DNA from: Gemmatimonadota bacterium
Lineage (GTDB): Bacteria > Gemmatimonadota > Gemmatimonadetes > Gemmatimonadales > Gemmatimonadaceae
Direction: 5' to 3'
Length of the DNA stretch: 56,069 nt
Assembly: GCA_003141205.1 (NCBI GenBank)
Contig: PLLD01000193.1
Span: 9,483 to 65,551, forward strand
Part shown: positions 1 to 9,358 of the stretch, in pieces
Layout of the letters: the number at the start of each line of letters is the position of its first letter
Numbering within the stretch: the stretch's first letter is position 1
The notes under the pieces: generated by a model
Databases searched by the model: none
What the model saw: only the letters and a program-made list of their open reading frames with translations
What the model was told of the DNA's origin: nothing
Translations under genes and position numbers: made by a program

Positions 1-119
1 AAAAGGGAGCGCTTGGTCAGCACCGTGACCGGCCCTTCGGTCGCGGCCCCCCACGCGGTGCGGAGCCCGGCCACGCCACTCCCGACGACGAGCACGCGCG
101 TCCGAATCCTGTCAGGCAT
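1..119 (-). CDS. FAD-dependent oxidoreductase, N-terminal fragment (L-aspartate oxidase / SdhA-like); continues off the window
   Basis: ATG at 119 on the minus strand gives MPDRIRTRVLVVGSGVAGLRTAW..VTVLTK. This is a GxGxxG dinucleotide-binding N-terminus. Only 39 codons are visible. Confidence 0.4.
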   Translation of the reverse strand, partial: MPDRIRTRVLVVGSGVAGLRTAWGAATEGPVTVLTKRSL

Positions 120-197
120 GGGACACAACTTGGGGCACAGCATGGCGCATTGGGAGCCGCACGGTCCGCGGAATATAACGTTAGATTCTGCCCCACA

Positions 198-1451
198 GTG
201 CACGCGTCACCATCGAAGCTGGCCGTCCTCATCACCACTGCGGGCGTGGATATGTTGGGGACGCTGATGGTGCTGCCGCTCCTGCCGTTCTACGCGACGC
301 GGCTCGGTGCGAATGCGTTCCTCTACGCATGTCTCGTCTCGTCGTTCTCGGTCGCCACGCTCCTCTCGGCGCCGCTCTGGGGCCGCTTTTCCGACCGGTA
401 CGGTCGCCGCCCCGCCCTCCTGATCGCGCTTGGCGCGTCGGCCATCGCGTACGTCGTCTTCGCCTTTGCCAATACCCTGGGAGTGCTCTTCCTCTCGCGC
501 CTTATCCAGGGGGCCGGCGGCGGCACCGTCGGCGTGGTCCAGGCGTATGTCGTCGATACGGCCGCGGAGAAGGACCGGGCCCGCGCCCTCGGATGGCTTT
601 CCGCCGCCACCAACGTTGGCGTGTCACTCGGTCCGCTGCTCGGCTCCTGGGCACTCGTCGCGGGACGGCATCATCTGCTGGTGCAGGGACACGACCTCAC
701 CCTGGGACGTAGCGCCCCCGGGCTCTTCGCGGCCACGATCTGCCTCGCCAACATGTATTTCGCCTGGCGCTTCCTGCGGGAGTCGCACGTCACGACGCAG
801 CACATCGGACCGCATGTGCGCTTCGTATATCCGCGGTCGACGATCTGGCGCGTGATCCGCGACCCCACCGCCACGGCCGCCCGCCTGATCTGGATCTACG
901 CGATCGGCCTCGGCGCCTTCGTGGGGTCGACCGCGATCCTGGCTCTGTTTCTCGCCAAGCGATTCGGCGTCACGGAAGCGACGATCGGCTACTTCTTTGC
1001 CTACGTCGGCGGCATGAACATCGTCGCGCGGGCCGTGCTGCTGGGCCCCGCGGTCGATCGCTTCGGCGAGGCCCGCCTGTCGCGGATCGGGACGGTCCTG
1101 CTCGCGCTGGGCCTCATCCTGCTTCCGCTCGCTCCCACCCTCCCTCTGCTCGCGATCCCCGTCGCGCTGCTGCCACTCGGAACCGCGTTCACCTTCCCGT
1201 GCGTCACGTCGATGCTGTCGCGCGCGATCTCCGCCGACGATCGGGGATTGTACATGGGTGTGCAACAGGCGTTCGGCGGGCTGACCCGGGTGTTCTTCCC
1301 GCTCGCGGCGGGGCTGCTATTCGATCACTTCAATCCCGGCGTCCCCTTCTGGGCGGCGGGAGCGGTCGTCGCCGCCACAATGTTCCTGGGCTTCGGGTTG
1401 GAAACCGCGATGCGGGCCGAGTTGGTGATGACGCGCATCCCGCGCTCGTAG
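198..1451 (+). CDS. MFS transporter
   Basis: ORF 150..1451 has a multi-TM hydrophobic profile. MFS motif A is present (WGRFSDRYGRRP). The GTG at 198 is chosen as start because it follows a TAGATT box; the start is uncertain. Confidence 0.8.
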   Translation: MHASPSKLAVLITTAGVDMLGTLMVLPLLPFYATRLGANAFLYACLVSSFSVATLLSAPLWGRFSDRYGRRPALLIALGASAIAYVVFAFANTLGVLFLSRLIQGAGGGTVGVVQAYVVDTAAEKDRARALGWLSAATNVGVSLGPLLGSWALVAGRHHLLVQGHDLTLGRSAPGLFAATICLANMYFAWRFLRESHVTTQHIGPHVRFVYPRSTIWRVIRDPTATAARLIWIYAIGLGAFVGSTAILALFLAKRFGVTEATIGYFFAYVGGMNIVARAVLLGPAVDRFGEARLSRIGTVLLALGLILLPLAPTLPLLAIPVALLPLGTAFTFPCVTSMLSRAISADDRGLYMGVQQAFGGLTRVFFPLAAGLLFDHFNPGVPFWAAGAVVAATMFLGFGLETAMRAELVMTRIPRS

Positions 1452-2659
1452 GTGAAATAGGCGAAGGCCCACTGGACGAGCACCGTCACGCGGTTGCGGA
1501 AGCCGACCAGATACATGATGTGGACGAAGAGCCAGAGAAACCACGCGAAGAATCCGCGGACGCGGATGAACCCGAAATCCGCGACCGCGCGATGCCGACC
1601 GATCGTCGCGAGATTCCCCTTGTTGATATACCGAAAGGGGCGCCGCGGCTGATTGCCGACCGTTGCCAGGATGTTCCGGGCCGCCGCACGTCCCTCCTGA
1701 TTGGCGGCCGGCGCCACGCCGGGGACCGGGGTCACACCGTCGCGCTGGACCGTCGCCGCGAGATCCCCGACGACGAAGACCTCGGGATGCCCCGGCACGC
1801 TGAGATCGCGCTCGACCTCGACACGTCCGCTGCGATCGAGCGGTACGCCGAGCGAGCGACCCAAAGGCGAGGCGGCGTTCCCCGCGGCCCAGAATACCGT
1901 GCGAGCCGGGATCCGCTCATCACCGACGTAGACCGCGTCGGACTCGATCCGCGTGACCATCGCGCCCGTGCGCACCTCGACGCCCAGCTGCTCGAGGTCG
2001 CGCCGCGCGCGATCGGCCAGCGCGTCCGGAAAGGATGTCAGGATCCTGGGAAGTCCCTCGAGCAGGATCACCCGCGTCTCCCGCGTGTCGATGTGCTTGA
2101 ACTCGCGATGGAACCCGACGCGCGCAACGGCCGGGATCGTACCGGCGAGCTCGACCCCCGTCGGCCCGCCCCCGACGATGACGAAGGTCTGGAATGCCCG
2201 GCGCGCGGCCGGATCCTGCTCTCGCTCGGCCTCCTCGAACGACATGAGGAACCGATTTCGTATATCGAGGGCATCCTCGATGCTCTTGAGGCCCGGCGCA
2301 AGCGCTTCCCATTCGGGATGCCCGAAATACGAGTGCCGGGTCCCCGTGGCCACGATGAGGAAGTCGTAGGGCAGCACGCTGGCGCCGCCATCCAGCGTCA
2401 CCGTCCTGCCCTCGACGTCGATCGCGGTCGCCTCGCCGAGCAGGACCGTCGCGTTGTGTTGATTGCGCAGGACCCACCGAATCGCGACCGCGATGTCGCT
2501 CGGGGCGAGCGTGGCGCTCGCGACCTGGTACAGCAACGGCTGGAAGAGGTGGTGATTCGTCCGATCGATGACCGTCACATCCACCGGCGCGCCCTTCAGC
2601 TCTCGCGCCGCCGCGTACCCACCGAACCCGCCCCCGATGATGACGACGCGCGGCTGCAT
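1325..2659 (-). CDS. ndh: Type II NADH dehydrogenase (NDH-2)
   Basis: This is the C-terminal 444 aa of ORF 1325..3796, from MQPRVVIIGGGFGGYAAA. A second Rossmann motif is FVIVGGGPTGVELAG. The upstream part of the long ORF overlaps the MMPL gene and is spurious. Confidence 0.9.
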   Translation of the reverse strand: MQPRVVIIGGGFGGYAAARELKGAPVDVTVIDRTNHHLFQPLLYQVASATLAPSDIAVAIRWVLRNQHNATVLLGEATAIDVEGRTVTLDGGASVLPYDFLIVATGTRHSYFGHPEWEALAPGLKSIEDALDIRNRFLMSFEEAEREQDPAARRAFQTFVIVGGGPTGVELAGTIPAVARVGFHREFKHIDTRETRVILLEGLPRILTSFPDALADRARRDLEQLGVEVRTGAMVTRIESDAVYVGDERIPARTVFWAAGNAASPLGRSLGVPLDRSGRVEVERDLSVPGHPEVFVVGDLAATVQRDGVTPVPGVAPAANQEGRAAARNILATVGNQPRRPFRYINKGNLATIGRHRAVADFGFIRVRGFFAWFLWLFVHIMYLVGFRNRVTVLVQWAFAYFTYERGMRVITNSARIAVSNPKPRNIVAATTAPAAQKGTPGLK

Positions 2660-2670
2660 AGAAAACGAAG

Positions 2671-4917
2671 CTATCGGCCGGGCCACCAGTTCCATCGACC
2701 GGCCAGGCGAAGGAGCGCCGGCCCCACGGCGATCCGAACCAGCGTCGCGTCCAGAAACACCGCGACGGCGAGCGCCAACCCCAGGATCTTGATCAGCAGG
2801 AAATCGCTCAGCGCACACGCCGCAAAGACCACGATCATCACGGCGGCCGCGCTCGTGATCACGCCGCCCGTCTGGCCCAGCCCCTCGGCGACGGCATCCG
2901 TCGCGTTCAAACCGGCCCGGTGCGCTTCGGCCACCCGGGCGACCAGAAAAACCTCGTAATCCATGCTCAAGCCGAAGACGACGCAGAACACGATGATCGG
3001 CACGGCGGGAAACAGCCCGTCGATCGGCCCGGGAAGCCCGAGCAGACGCACCCCGAAGCCGTCCTGAAAGACCAGTACGGTAGCGCCCAGCGCGGCCGCG
3101 ACCGAGAGCAGGTTGAGCACCACCGCCTTGAGCGGAACGATGACCGAGCGAAAGCCCGCGAAGAGGGCGATGGCCGTCCCCGCAATGACGAGGAGGATGA
3201 TCCGGCCGGCGCGCGCCCCGACCGCATCCTGGTATTCGGCGTTGAACGCGGGGAGCCCTCCCACCAGCACCTGCGCGCCCGCAAGTCCGGTGAGGGAGAC
3301 CGGATCGGTCCCGTGCACCTGCCGCACGAGCGCCACGATCGCGCTGAGCGACGCCCCCTCTCGCGGGATCACCTCCACGATCGCCGTCCGCTGATCCCGG
3401 CTCACGAAGGTGCGGATCGCCTCCGGCGAGAGAACGGCGAGAAAGTTCGGCGACGGCCGTACGGCACCCGTCACGGTGGGCAGCGACCGGACGGTGGCCA
3501 CGCGTGGGTCGGCCGCCAGCTCGTGGGCGACCCGGGCCGTCGCGGTCCAGCCGGAGGGCGTGAGGGCCCGCGCGCTGTCGGGCAGGACGACGAGCACGCG
3601 CAGCGCATCGATCAGTCCGCTCTTGCCCATGACGGCGAGCGAGCGGGCGGCTTCCGCCGATTCCGCGTGACGCGGCAGCCAGTCGCCACTCGGTATATCG
3701 GAGTCGAGTCGACGGACCTGAATCCCCAGCGCCACGAGCGGAATGGCGCCGAGTGTGAGGGTGATCCAGGGATGCGCGACGGCCCAACGCGCCCACGCCT
3801 GCCAGGCGGAGCTCCGCCGCGGCCCCGGCGATTCCGCGACGGCTGCGGTCCCGGCGCCGGCGGCGCGCCGGACGCGGCGCGGCCAGAGACGGGCGAATTC
3901 GAGGCGCGGCCCGAGCGACGCGAGAAGCGCCGGGATCAGCGTCGTCGCGATCAGCGCCGCGGCGCCGATCACGAGCAGGCCGCCCGTCGCGATGGAGCGA
4001 AGCTCGGCCGCCGGAATGAGAAGCAGCGCGCCAAAGCTGACGACCACCGCCGCGGCCGACACGAGGACCGTGTGGCCCGCATGGCGCAGCGCGTATTCCG
4101 CTGCGTCGAGCGGGTCGCGCCCCTGCGCCGTCCCCTCACGGAACCGACTGACCATGAGAAGGCCGTAGTCCACGCCAACGCCCAGTCCCATCATCGTCGC
4201 GATGTTCCGTACGATGAGAGTGAGCGGCCAATGCCCCGCCAGGTGGGCCGCGAGCCCGAGGCACACGACGATCGCCAGCCCCGCCGCGATCACCGGGATG
4301 ACGGCGGCGATGACGCTGCCGAATACCAGCATGAGCAGCACGAGCGTGATCGGGATGATCCGGCGCTCGGCGCGCGCGGCGTCCTCCTCCGTCGTCGCGC
4401 GCACATCGTAGTTGAGCGCCGCATTCCCGGTCCATTGCAGGGAGATCGCGGGGTACCGGACGCGGAGCGAGTCCTGGACGTGACCGCCGATCCGACGCAG
4501 GCCGACGATCCAGTCGTCCGTGCTGCGGCTCTGTGCGGACAATCCGACGACCACGAACGTCCCGTTCGGGCCGAGAAAGGTCGTGTCCTGCGTCGACAGA
4601 AAGGAGAGCGTGCGAGTGACGCCCGGGGCGTGACCGAGCGCGCGGGTGATGGCGGACAGCGCCGCTCCGCCGTCGGGCGTCGTGGGCTGGGGGATTCCGG
4701 TCGCCACCAGCACCGCGTATCGCGCATAGGGCGAGGCGAAGTCCGTCGCGAGGCGCCGCTCCACATCCGCTGCTTCGCTACGCCCCGACCGGGCACCGGC
4801 CACCATCAAGACCGAGTCGATGCGGCGCGCCGCAGGCAGCAGCCCCGCGGCGATCGCGACCCAAGCGGCGATGACCCAGACGCGGTATCGAACGATCGTG
4901 CCCGCGAGACCACTCAT
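2671..4917 (-). CDS. MMPL-family (RND superfamily) membrane transporter
   Basis: Two repeated MMPL halves are present (GVGVDYGLLMVSRFRE and GLSMDYEVFLVARV), each with multi-TM blocks. Start taken at the internal ATG (MSGLAGTIVRYRVWV). Confidence 0.85.
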   Translation of the reverse strand: MSGLAGTIVRYRVWVIAAWVAIAAGLLPAARRIDSVLMVAGARSGRSEAADVERRLATDFASPYARYAVLVATGIPQPTTPDGGAALSAITRALGHAPGVTRTLSFLSTQDTTFLGPNGTFVVVGLSAQSRSTDDWIVGLRRIGGHVQDSLRVRYPAISLQWTGNAALNYDVRATTEEDAARAERRIIPITLVLLMLVFGSVIAAVIPVIAAGLAIVVCLGLAAHLAGHWPLTLIVRNIATMMGLGVGVDYGLLMVSRFREGTAQGRDPLDAAEYALRHAGHTVLVSAAAVVVSFGALLLIPAAELRSIATGGLLVIGAAALIATTLIPALLASLGPRLEFARLWPRRVRRAAGAGTAAVAESPGPRRSSAWQAWARWAVAHPWITLTLGAIPLVALGIQVRRLDSDIPSGDWLPRHAESAEAARSLAVMGKSGLIDALRVLVVLPDSARALTPSGWTATARVAHELAADPRVATVRSLPTVTGAVRPSPNFLAVLSPEAIRTFVSRDQRTAIVEVIPREGASLSAIVALVRQVHGTDPVSLTGLAGAQVLVGGLPAFNAEYQDAVGARAGRIILLVIAGTAIALFAGFRSVIVPLKAVVLNLLSVAAALGATVLVFQDGFGVRLLGLPGPIDGLFPAVPIIVFCVVFGLSMDYEVFLVARVAEAHRAGLNATDAVAEGLGQTGGVITSAAAVMIVVFAACALSDFLLIKILGLALAVAVFLDATLVRIAVGPALLRLAGRWNWWPGR

Positions 4918-4924
4918 CGAGCGA

Positions 4925-5566
4925 TCACGACGCGCCCGGCCGGAACGCACGACGAAGCGCGTGCGCGACCAGCAGGCCAAGCGCCGCGCCCGCGACGACG
5001 TCGCTCAGGAAATGCGCCCCGCTGAGCAGTCGTGTCACCGCGCACCCGATGGCGAGACCATACCATACGACCGCGGTTTCCGGGAAGCAGCCGGCCAGCA
5101 CCGTCGCCGCGGCGAACGCCTCGACCGCGTGACTGCTCGGCATCCCGAAGCCGCTCGTGCTGAATGGCCGGTCGGTCCACGCGCGAAAGACATACAGCCC
5201 CGAGTCGGCGCCGGGACGCTCGCGCCGAATCAGCAGCTTGAGGAGCTCGGCCGCGATCCCCGCGACGGTGACGGCGCCGACGAGCCACGCCGCCTGCCAG
5301 CGGGAGCGCGCACGTCGGTCCGGCTGCTGCCCCGACCCCTCGCCGTGCCGCCAGATCGCGAACGCGACAATCGCCCAGAGCGGCCAGTAGCCCATGGTGC
5401 GCAGTGCGCGCCCCCAATCCGTGTCGTAGACGCGCGGTAGGGAGACGTGATGGTACGTCCAGACATCGCCCAGCGACGCCAGGGCAACGCACGCCAGACT
5501 GGCCACGATCGCGGCGACCCAGCGCATCGGCGCGGCACGCAACCTTTCAGGCATGCGCCTTCTCAA
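4925..5566 (-). CDS. PAP2-family phosphatase (membrane)
   Basis: All three acid-phosphatase motifs are present: KLLIRRERP, PSSHA and SGAHFLSDVVAG. Confidence 0.8.
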   Translation of the reverse strand: MRRRMPERLRAAPMRWVAAIVASLACVALASLGDVWTYHHVSLPRVYDTDWGRALRTMGYWPLWAIVAFAIWRHGEGSGQQPDRRARSRWQAAWLVGAVTVAGIAAELLKLLIRRERPGADSGLYVFRAWTDRPFSTSGFGMPSSHAVEAFAAATVLAGCFPETAVVWYGLAIGCAVTRLLSGAHFLSDVVAGAALGLLVAHALRRAFRPGAS

Positions 5567-5578
5567 GCATGCGCCTTC

Positions 5579-7243
5579 TCAGGCACGCGCCCTCTCGCGC
5601 GCGGCGAGGGTGAAGAGGAAGACGATCGCGATGAGCAGCGTGCTCTCCGCGGCGGCCGAGCCGAACGCGAAATCACGCATCTGGGCGAGGATGTCGATCG
5701 AGATCGGTCGATTGGCGTGGGTGTACAGGACGACGCTCGCGACGAACTCGCCCACCGCCGTGATGGCGGCCAGCGTCGCACCGGCCACCAGCCCGGGCCG
5801 CGCCGCCGGCAGGATCACGCGGCGCAGCACCAGCCACGCATTCGCGCCGAGCCCGCGAGCCGCGTCTTCGAGCGAGGCATCCATCTGACGCAGGGAGCTC
5901 TCGACGGCCGATGTCACGAGCGGCACGCCGCGAATGAAATAGGCGAGGGGCAGGATCCAGAACGTGCCGATGAGAAGGATGCGGGCCGTCGGGAGATCCG
6001 TCCGGTTGAACGTCGAGGCGAGCCCGATCGCGATTGCCGTCGCGGGGACCGCCCACGGCAATGCCGCGAGCGCGGCCAGGAGACCCCTGCCGGCGAACCG
6101 GCGGAGCACGATGAGAATCGCGACCGCCGTACAGACGATGACGTTCGCGGTCGTCGCGAGAAGCGTCATGGCGACGCTGTTGCGCACGGGACTGAGGAAG
6201 GCCGGATCGGTCGCGAGCCGCCGAAAGTTGTCGAGCGTGTAGACCGGCGGGAGGATCTGCGTCGTCCATGCGCCGTCGCGGGCGAACGCGACGAGAATGA
6301 CCATGAGATGCGGCAGCACCAGGACGAGCACGATCGCCGCCGCGAGCGGCGCGACGGCCAGGCGCAGAGCGGGCGAGCGAAAGCGCCGGCGCGCGGGCCG
6401 TCCACCGCCCTTGGACGGCAGGACGTACTGGCGGCGGCGCTCGAGCCAGCGAAAGAGCACGAGCGCGACGACGGCGCTCAGCGCCAGGACGGTCGTCTCG
6501 ACGTACGACACCCCGACCGCTCCGTTCAGTCGCGTGGTCACGATCTGCGTCGCCAGGACGCGGAGGCCCCCGCCAAAGATGTACGGAGCCGTAAAAGACC
6601 CGAGCGAGGCCATGAAGACGAGGAGCATGGCCGCGGCGAGCGCTGGCATGAGGAGCGGCAACGTGATGCGGACGAGCCGCCGCACGCGTCCGGCCCCAAG
6701 CCCGGCCGCAGCCTCATCGAGCGCCGAGTCGTAGTTCTCCAGCCCCGCGGAGATGAACAGGAAGACGTAGACATACAGCGTGTACGCGTGCACGAAGATG
6801 ATCGCCCAGGCGCCGCTCAGGGACCACGGGGGCGTCTCACGATGCAGCACCGCCTGAACGGCGCGCGTGATGACGCCGCTCTCGCCGTAGAGAAAGATGA
6901 ACGCGACGACACCGACGAGCGGAGGCAACGCCGCCGGAAGCGTCGCCACCGCGCGCAGGGCGCGACGGCCGGGGAATTCGCGTCGCGCGAGCAGGAACGC
7001 GAGCGGAACGCCGATCGCGCAGGCCGCGACGACGGACACCACGGAGATCCAGACGCTGGTCCACAGGGCCTCGCGGTCTGCGGGACTCTCGATGAAAGCC
7101 CGCCAATAGCCAAGTCCGTGCGCGAAGCTGCCCGCGACGACGGCGGCGTTCGGGTAGGCCACGCTCCAGAGCAGCACCAGGATGAGCGCCCACGCGGCGA
7201 GACGCGTGCTGACGGCCAATCGTCGCGCGGGTGCGGGCGCCAT
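5579..7243 (-). CDS. ABC transporter permease, fused two-domain (Fe3+/thiamine-type importer)
   Basis: 554 aa with two EAA-loop regions (LDEAAAGLGAGRVRRL and LEDAARGLGANAWLVL) and about 12 TM segments. Confidence 0.85.
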   Translation of the reverse strand: MAPAPARRLAVSTRLAAWALILVLLWSVAYPNAAVVAGSFAHGLGYWRAFIESPADREALWTSVWISVVSVVAACAIGVPLAFLLARREFPGRRALRAVATLPAALPPLVGVVAFIFLYGESGVITRAVQAVLHRETPPWSLSGAWAIIFVHAYTLYVYVFLFISAGLENYDSALDEAAAGLGAGRVRRLVRITLPLLMPALAAAMLLVFMASLGSFTAPYIFGGGLRVLATQIVTTRLNGAVGVSYVETTVLALSAVVALVLFRWLERRRQYVLPSKGGGRPARRRFRSPALRLAVAPLAAAIVLVLVLPHLMVILVAFARDGAWTTQILPPVYTLDNFRRLATDPAFLSPVRNSVAMTLLATTANVIVCTAVAILIVLRRFAGRGLLAALAALPWAVPATAIAIGLASTFNRTDLPTARILLIGTFWILPLAYFIRGVPLVTSAVESSLRQMDASLEDAARGLGANAWLVLRRVILPAARPGLVAGATLAAITAVGEFVASVVLYTHANRPISIDILAQMRDFAFGSAAAESTLLIAIVFLFTLAARERARA

Positions 7244-8307
7244 CAGTCTCCGACCACGGCGACCGGCTCCCGGATGATGCCGACACGCACCCGGTCACCC
7301 TCGGCGGCGACGCGCTCCGGCGCCGCCACCTCGACATCGGTGCCATCCGCGAGTCCGACATGATACGCGTACGCCGCCCCGGCGAAGCGGAGCGACCGGA
7401 CGATCCCGGGCCAGGTGTCGGGCTCTCCGGCATCGGCGGGCGACAGCGAGAGGGCCTCGGGTCGCAGCACGGCGAATACGGCACCGGTCAGCGGTGCGCC
7501 GTCCGGCGTCGCGACGCGGACCCGGCGTGCGATGCCGCCAATCGTCACGGCGGCCAAGCCGCCCTCGGCCTGCGCGGGCACCAGCGTCGCGCGTCCGACG
7601 AACGCCGCAACGGCGCGACAGGCCGGGGTGGCGTACAGCGCGTCGGGCGTCCCGACCTGGAGGACGCACCCCAGACGCATCACGGCGACGCGATCGGCGA
7701 TCGCGAACGCATCCGCCTGGTCGTGGGTGACGAAGAGCGCCGTCAACCGCTGGTGCCGGAAGAGCGCCCGCAACTCCTCGCGCATCGTCTCGCGCAGCGT
7801 CGGGTCGAGGTTCGACAGCGGCTCGTCGAGCAGGAGCACGCGCGGCTCGATCACGAGAGCCCGGGCGATGGCGACGCGCTGCTGTTCCCCACCGGAGAGC
7901 GATTGGACCGTGCGCGGTCCGGCGCCGGCGAGGCCGACCGTCGCGAGCACCGCGCGCGCGCGCGACAGGCGCTCGGGACGCGCGACACCCCGCGCTTCCA
8001 GCCCGAAGGCGACGTTGTTCTCGACCGACAGGTGGGGGAACAGGGCGTATTGCTGGAAGACCATCCCGAAGTTGCGATGCTGCGGCGGGCGCAGCGTGAT
8101 GTCTTCGCCATCGAGTAACACCGATCCGGCGTCGGCCGGCTCGTACCCGCCCGCAATCCTCAGCGTCGTGGTCTTCCCCGATCCCGATGCGCCGACGATC
8201 GCGAGGAGCTCGCCCTCCGCGATCTCGAGGCACACGCCGTCGACGGCGACGGTATCGCCGAATCGGCGCGTGATACCGCGCAGCGCGAGCGATCCGGCGC
8301 CGGCCAT
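7243..8307 (-). CDS. ABC transporter ATP-binding protein (FbpC/PotA-like)
   Basis: Walker A GASGSGKTT, signature LSGGEQQR and Walker B LLLDEP. A C-terminal TOBE-like domain follows. Its stop overlaps the permease start by 1 nt. Confidence 0.9.
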   Translation of the reverse strand: MAGAGSLALRGITRRFGDTVAVDGVCLEIAEGELLAIVGASGSGKTTTLRIAGGYEPADAGSVLLDGEDITLRPPQHRNFGMVFQQYALFPHLSVENNVAFGLEARGVARPERLSRARAVLATVGLAGAGPRTVQSLSGGEQQRVAIARALVIEPRVLLLDEPLSNLDPTLRETMREELRALFRHQRLTALFVTHDQADAFAIADRVAVMRLGCVLQVGTPDALYATPACRAVAAFVGRATLVPAQAEGGLAAVTIGGIARRVRVATPDGAPLTGAVFAVLRPEALSLSPADAGEPDTWPGIVRSLRFAGAAYAYHVGLADGTDVEVAAPERVAAEGDRVRVGIIREPVAVVGD

Positions 8308-8314
8308 CGGCCGC

Positions 8315-9358
8315 CTATCCGCCCCGCCGGACGTGCGCGTCCCAATACTGCATCCAGCTGTCGAGACTGTCGGCGAGGAGCGCGCGATCGATCGGCAGCG
8401 GCCGGATCTGTCGGCGCGCCATCCGAATCCACCCGGGGAGTGAATCGTCGGCGAGGTCGATGCGGGCCGGGATGCGCAGATGATCGCGCGCGGCCACCAG
8501 CAGCATCGCGGGCGTCCCGACGAATTCCTCGAACCACTGCGCCTCGGCGACGTGGTGCGTCCCGTGCACCACGGCGATGGCGTCGACGACGAGCGGGGTC
8601 CCGCTCGTGGGGATGGCGAACTTGACGGGGATGTGGACGCGCTGCTCCAGCGTCGCGAGGTCGGGCATGTTGTAGATCGTCACGAGGGCTTCGCCGCGAC
8701 CGAGCTTCTGATAGAGCACGGTCGGCTGAAAGGCATACTCCTTCGTACTCTTGTCGAGACGGCGCAGCCACTGCCATCCCGCGGCCGTCGACCCCGTCGC
8801 CGCGACGGAGCGGGCCAGGATCGCGCCAAAGACCTCCTTCATGCTCCCCGACTCGACCGGATCGCGCAAGATGATCTTCTGCCGCCAGCGGGGCAGGAGC
8901 AGGTCGTCCCAATCCTTCGGCGCGACGGAATCGGGGACGAGCTGGCTGTTGTAGCCGATGACCTCGGGCGTCAGGTACGTCCCATACCATCGCTCGGCCG
9001 AATCGTGCGCTTCGGGCGGAACCTCGGCGGCCCACGACGGCGTGAAGGGATCCAGGAGCCCATCCCGCGCCGCGCGCGCGAACAGATCCGATGGCGCGCC
9101 GAACCAGATGTCCGCCTGCGGATTCGGAGCCTCCGCGCGCACGCGGTCGAGCACCGTCTGGGACGGCATGTCCTCCCATTCCACGTGCACGTGGGGATAC
9201 GCCCGCTCGAACCGGGTCGCGACATCCTGCAGCAGCTCCTTGCCGTGCGGGGAATACACGAGGATCGTCGTGCGCCCGTCGTGCGCGCAGGCCGCCAGAA
9301 CCAGCACACCGACCGTGGCGCCGGACCAGGCCACGGCCCGCGCACGCGCGGCGATCAC
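8315..9358 (-). CDS. Extracellular solute-binding protein (Fe3+/thiamine family), probable lipoprotein
   Basis: N-terminal signal with lipobox LAAC. The gene heads the ABC operon. Family assigned from overall similarity recognised by eye. Confidence 0.75.
   Translation of the reverse strand: MIAARARAVAWSGATVGVLVLAACAHDGRTTILVYSPHGKELLQDVATRFERAYPHVHVEWEDMPSQTVLDRVRAEAPNPQADIWFGAPSDLFARAARDGLLDPFTPSWAAEVPPEAHDSAERWYGTYLTPEVIGYNSQLVPDSVAPKDWDDLLLPRWRQKIILRDPVESGSMKEVFGAILARSVAATGSTAAGWQWLRRLDKSTKEYAFQPTVLYQKLGRGEALVTIYNMPDLATLEQRVHIPVKFAIPTSGTPLVVDAIAVVHGTHHVAEAQWFEEFVGTPAMLLVAARDHLRIPARIDLADDSLPGWIRMARRQIRPLPIDRALLADSLDSWMQYWDAHVRRGG

Noticed and set aside
2660-3796. The N-terminal 378 codons of the 823-aa ORF 1325..3796.
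   Set aside because: The extension overlaps the MMPL gene in another frame and has no recognisable motif. The NDH-2 homology starts at the internal ATG at 2659.
1199-7363. Very long plus-strand ORFs (1199..2959, 2920..5025, 5447..7363). Similar ones elsewhere include 11938..14316, 15726..17117, 18332..20269, 25040..26629, 37267..39147, 41422..43146, 44126..45535 and 45130..46536.
   Set aside because: All lie antisense to, or out of frame with, genes that have clear family motifs. Their translations are Arg/Gly/Pro/Asp-rich low-complexity strings, typical of stop-codon-poor alternative frames in GC-rich DNA.
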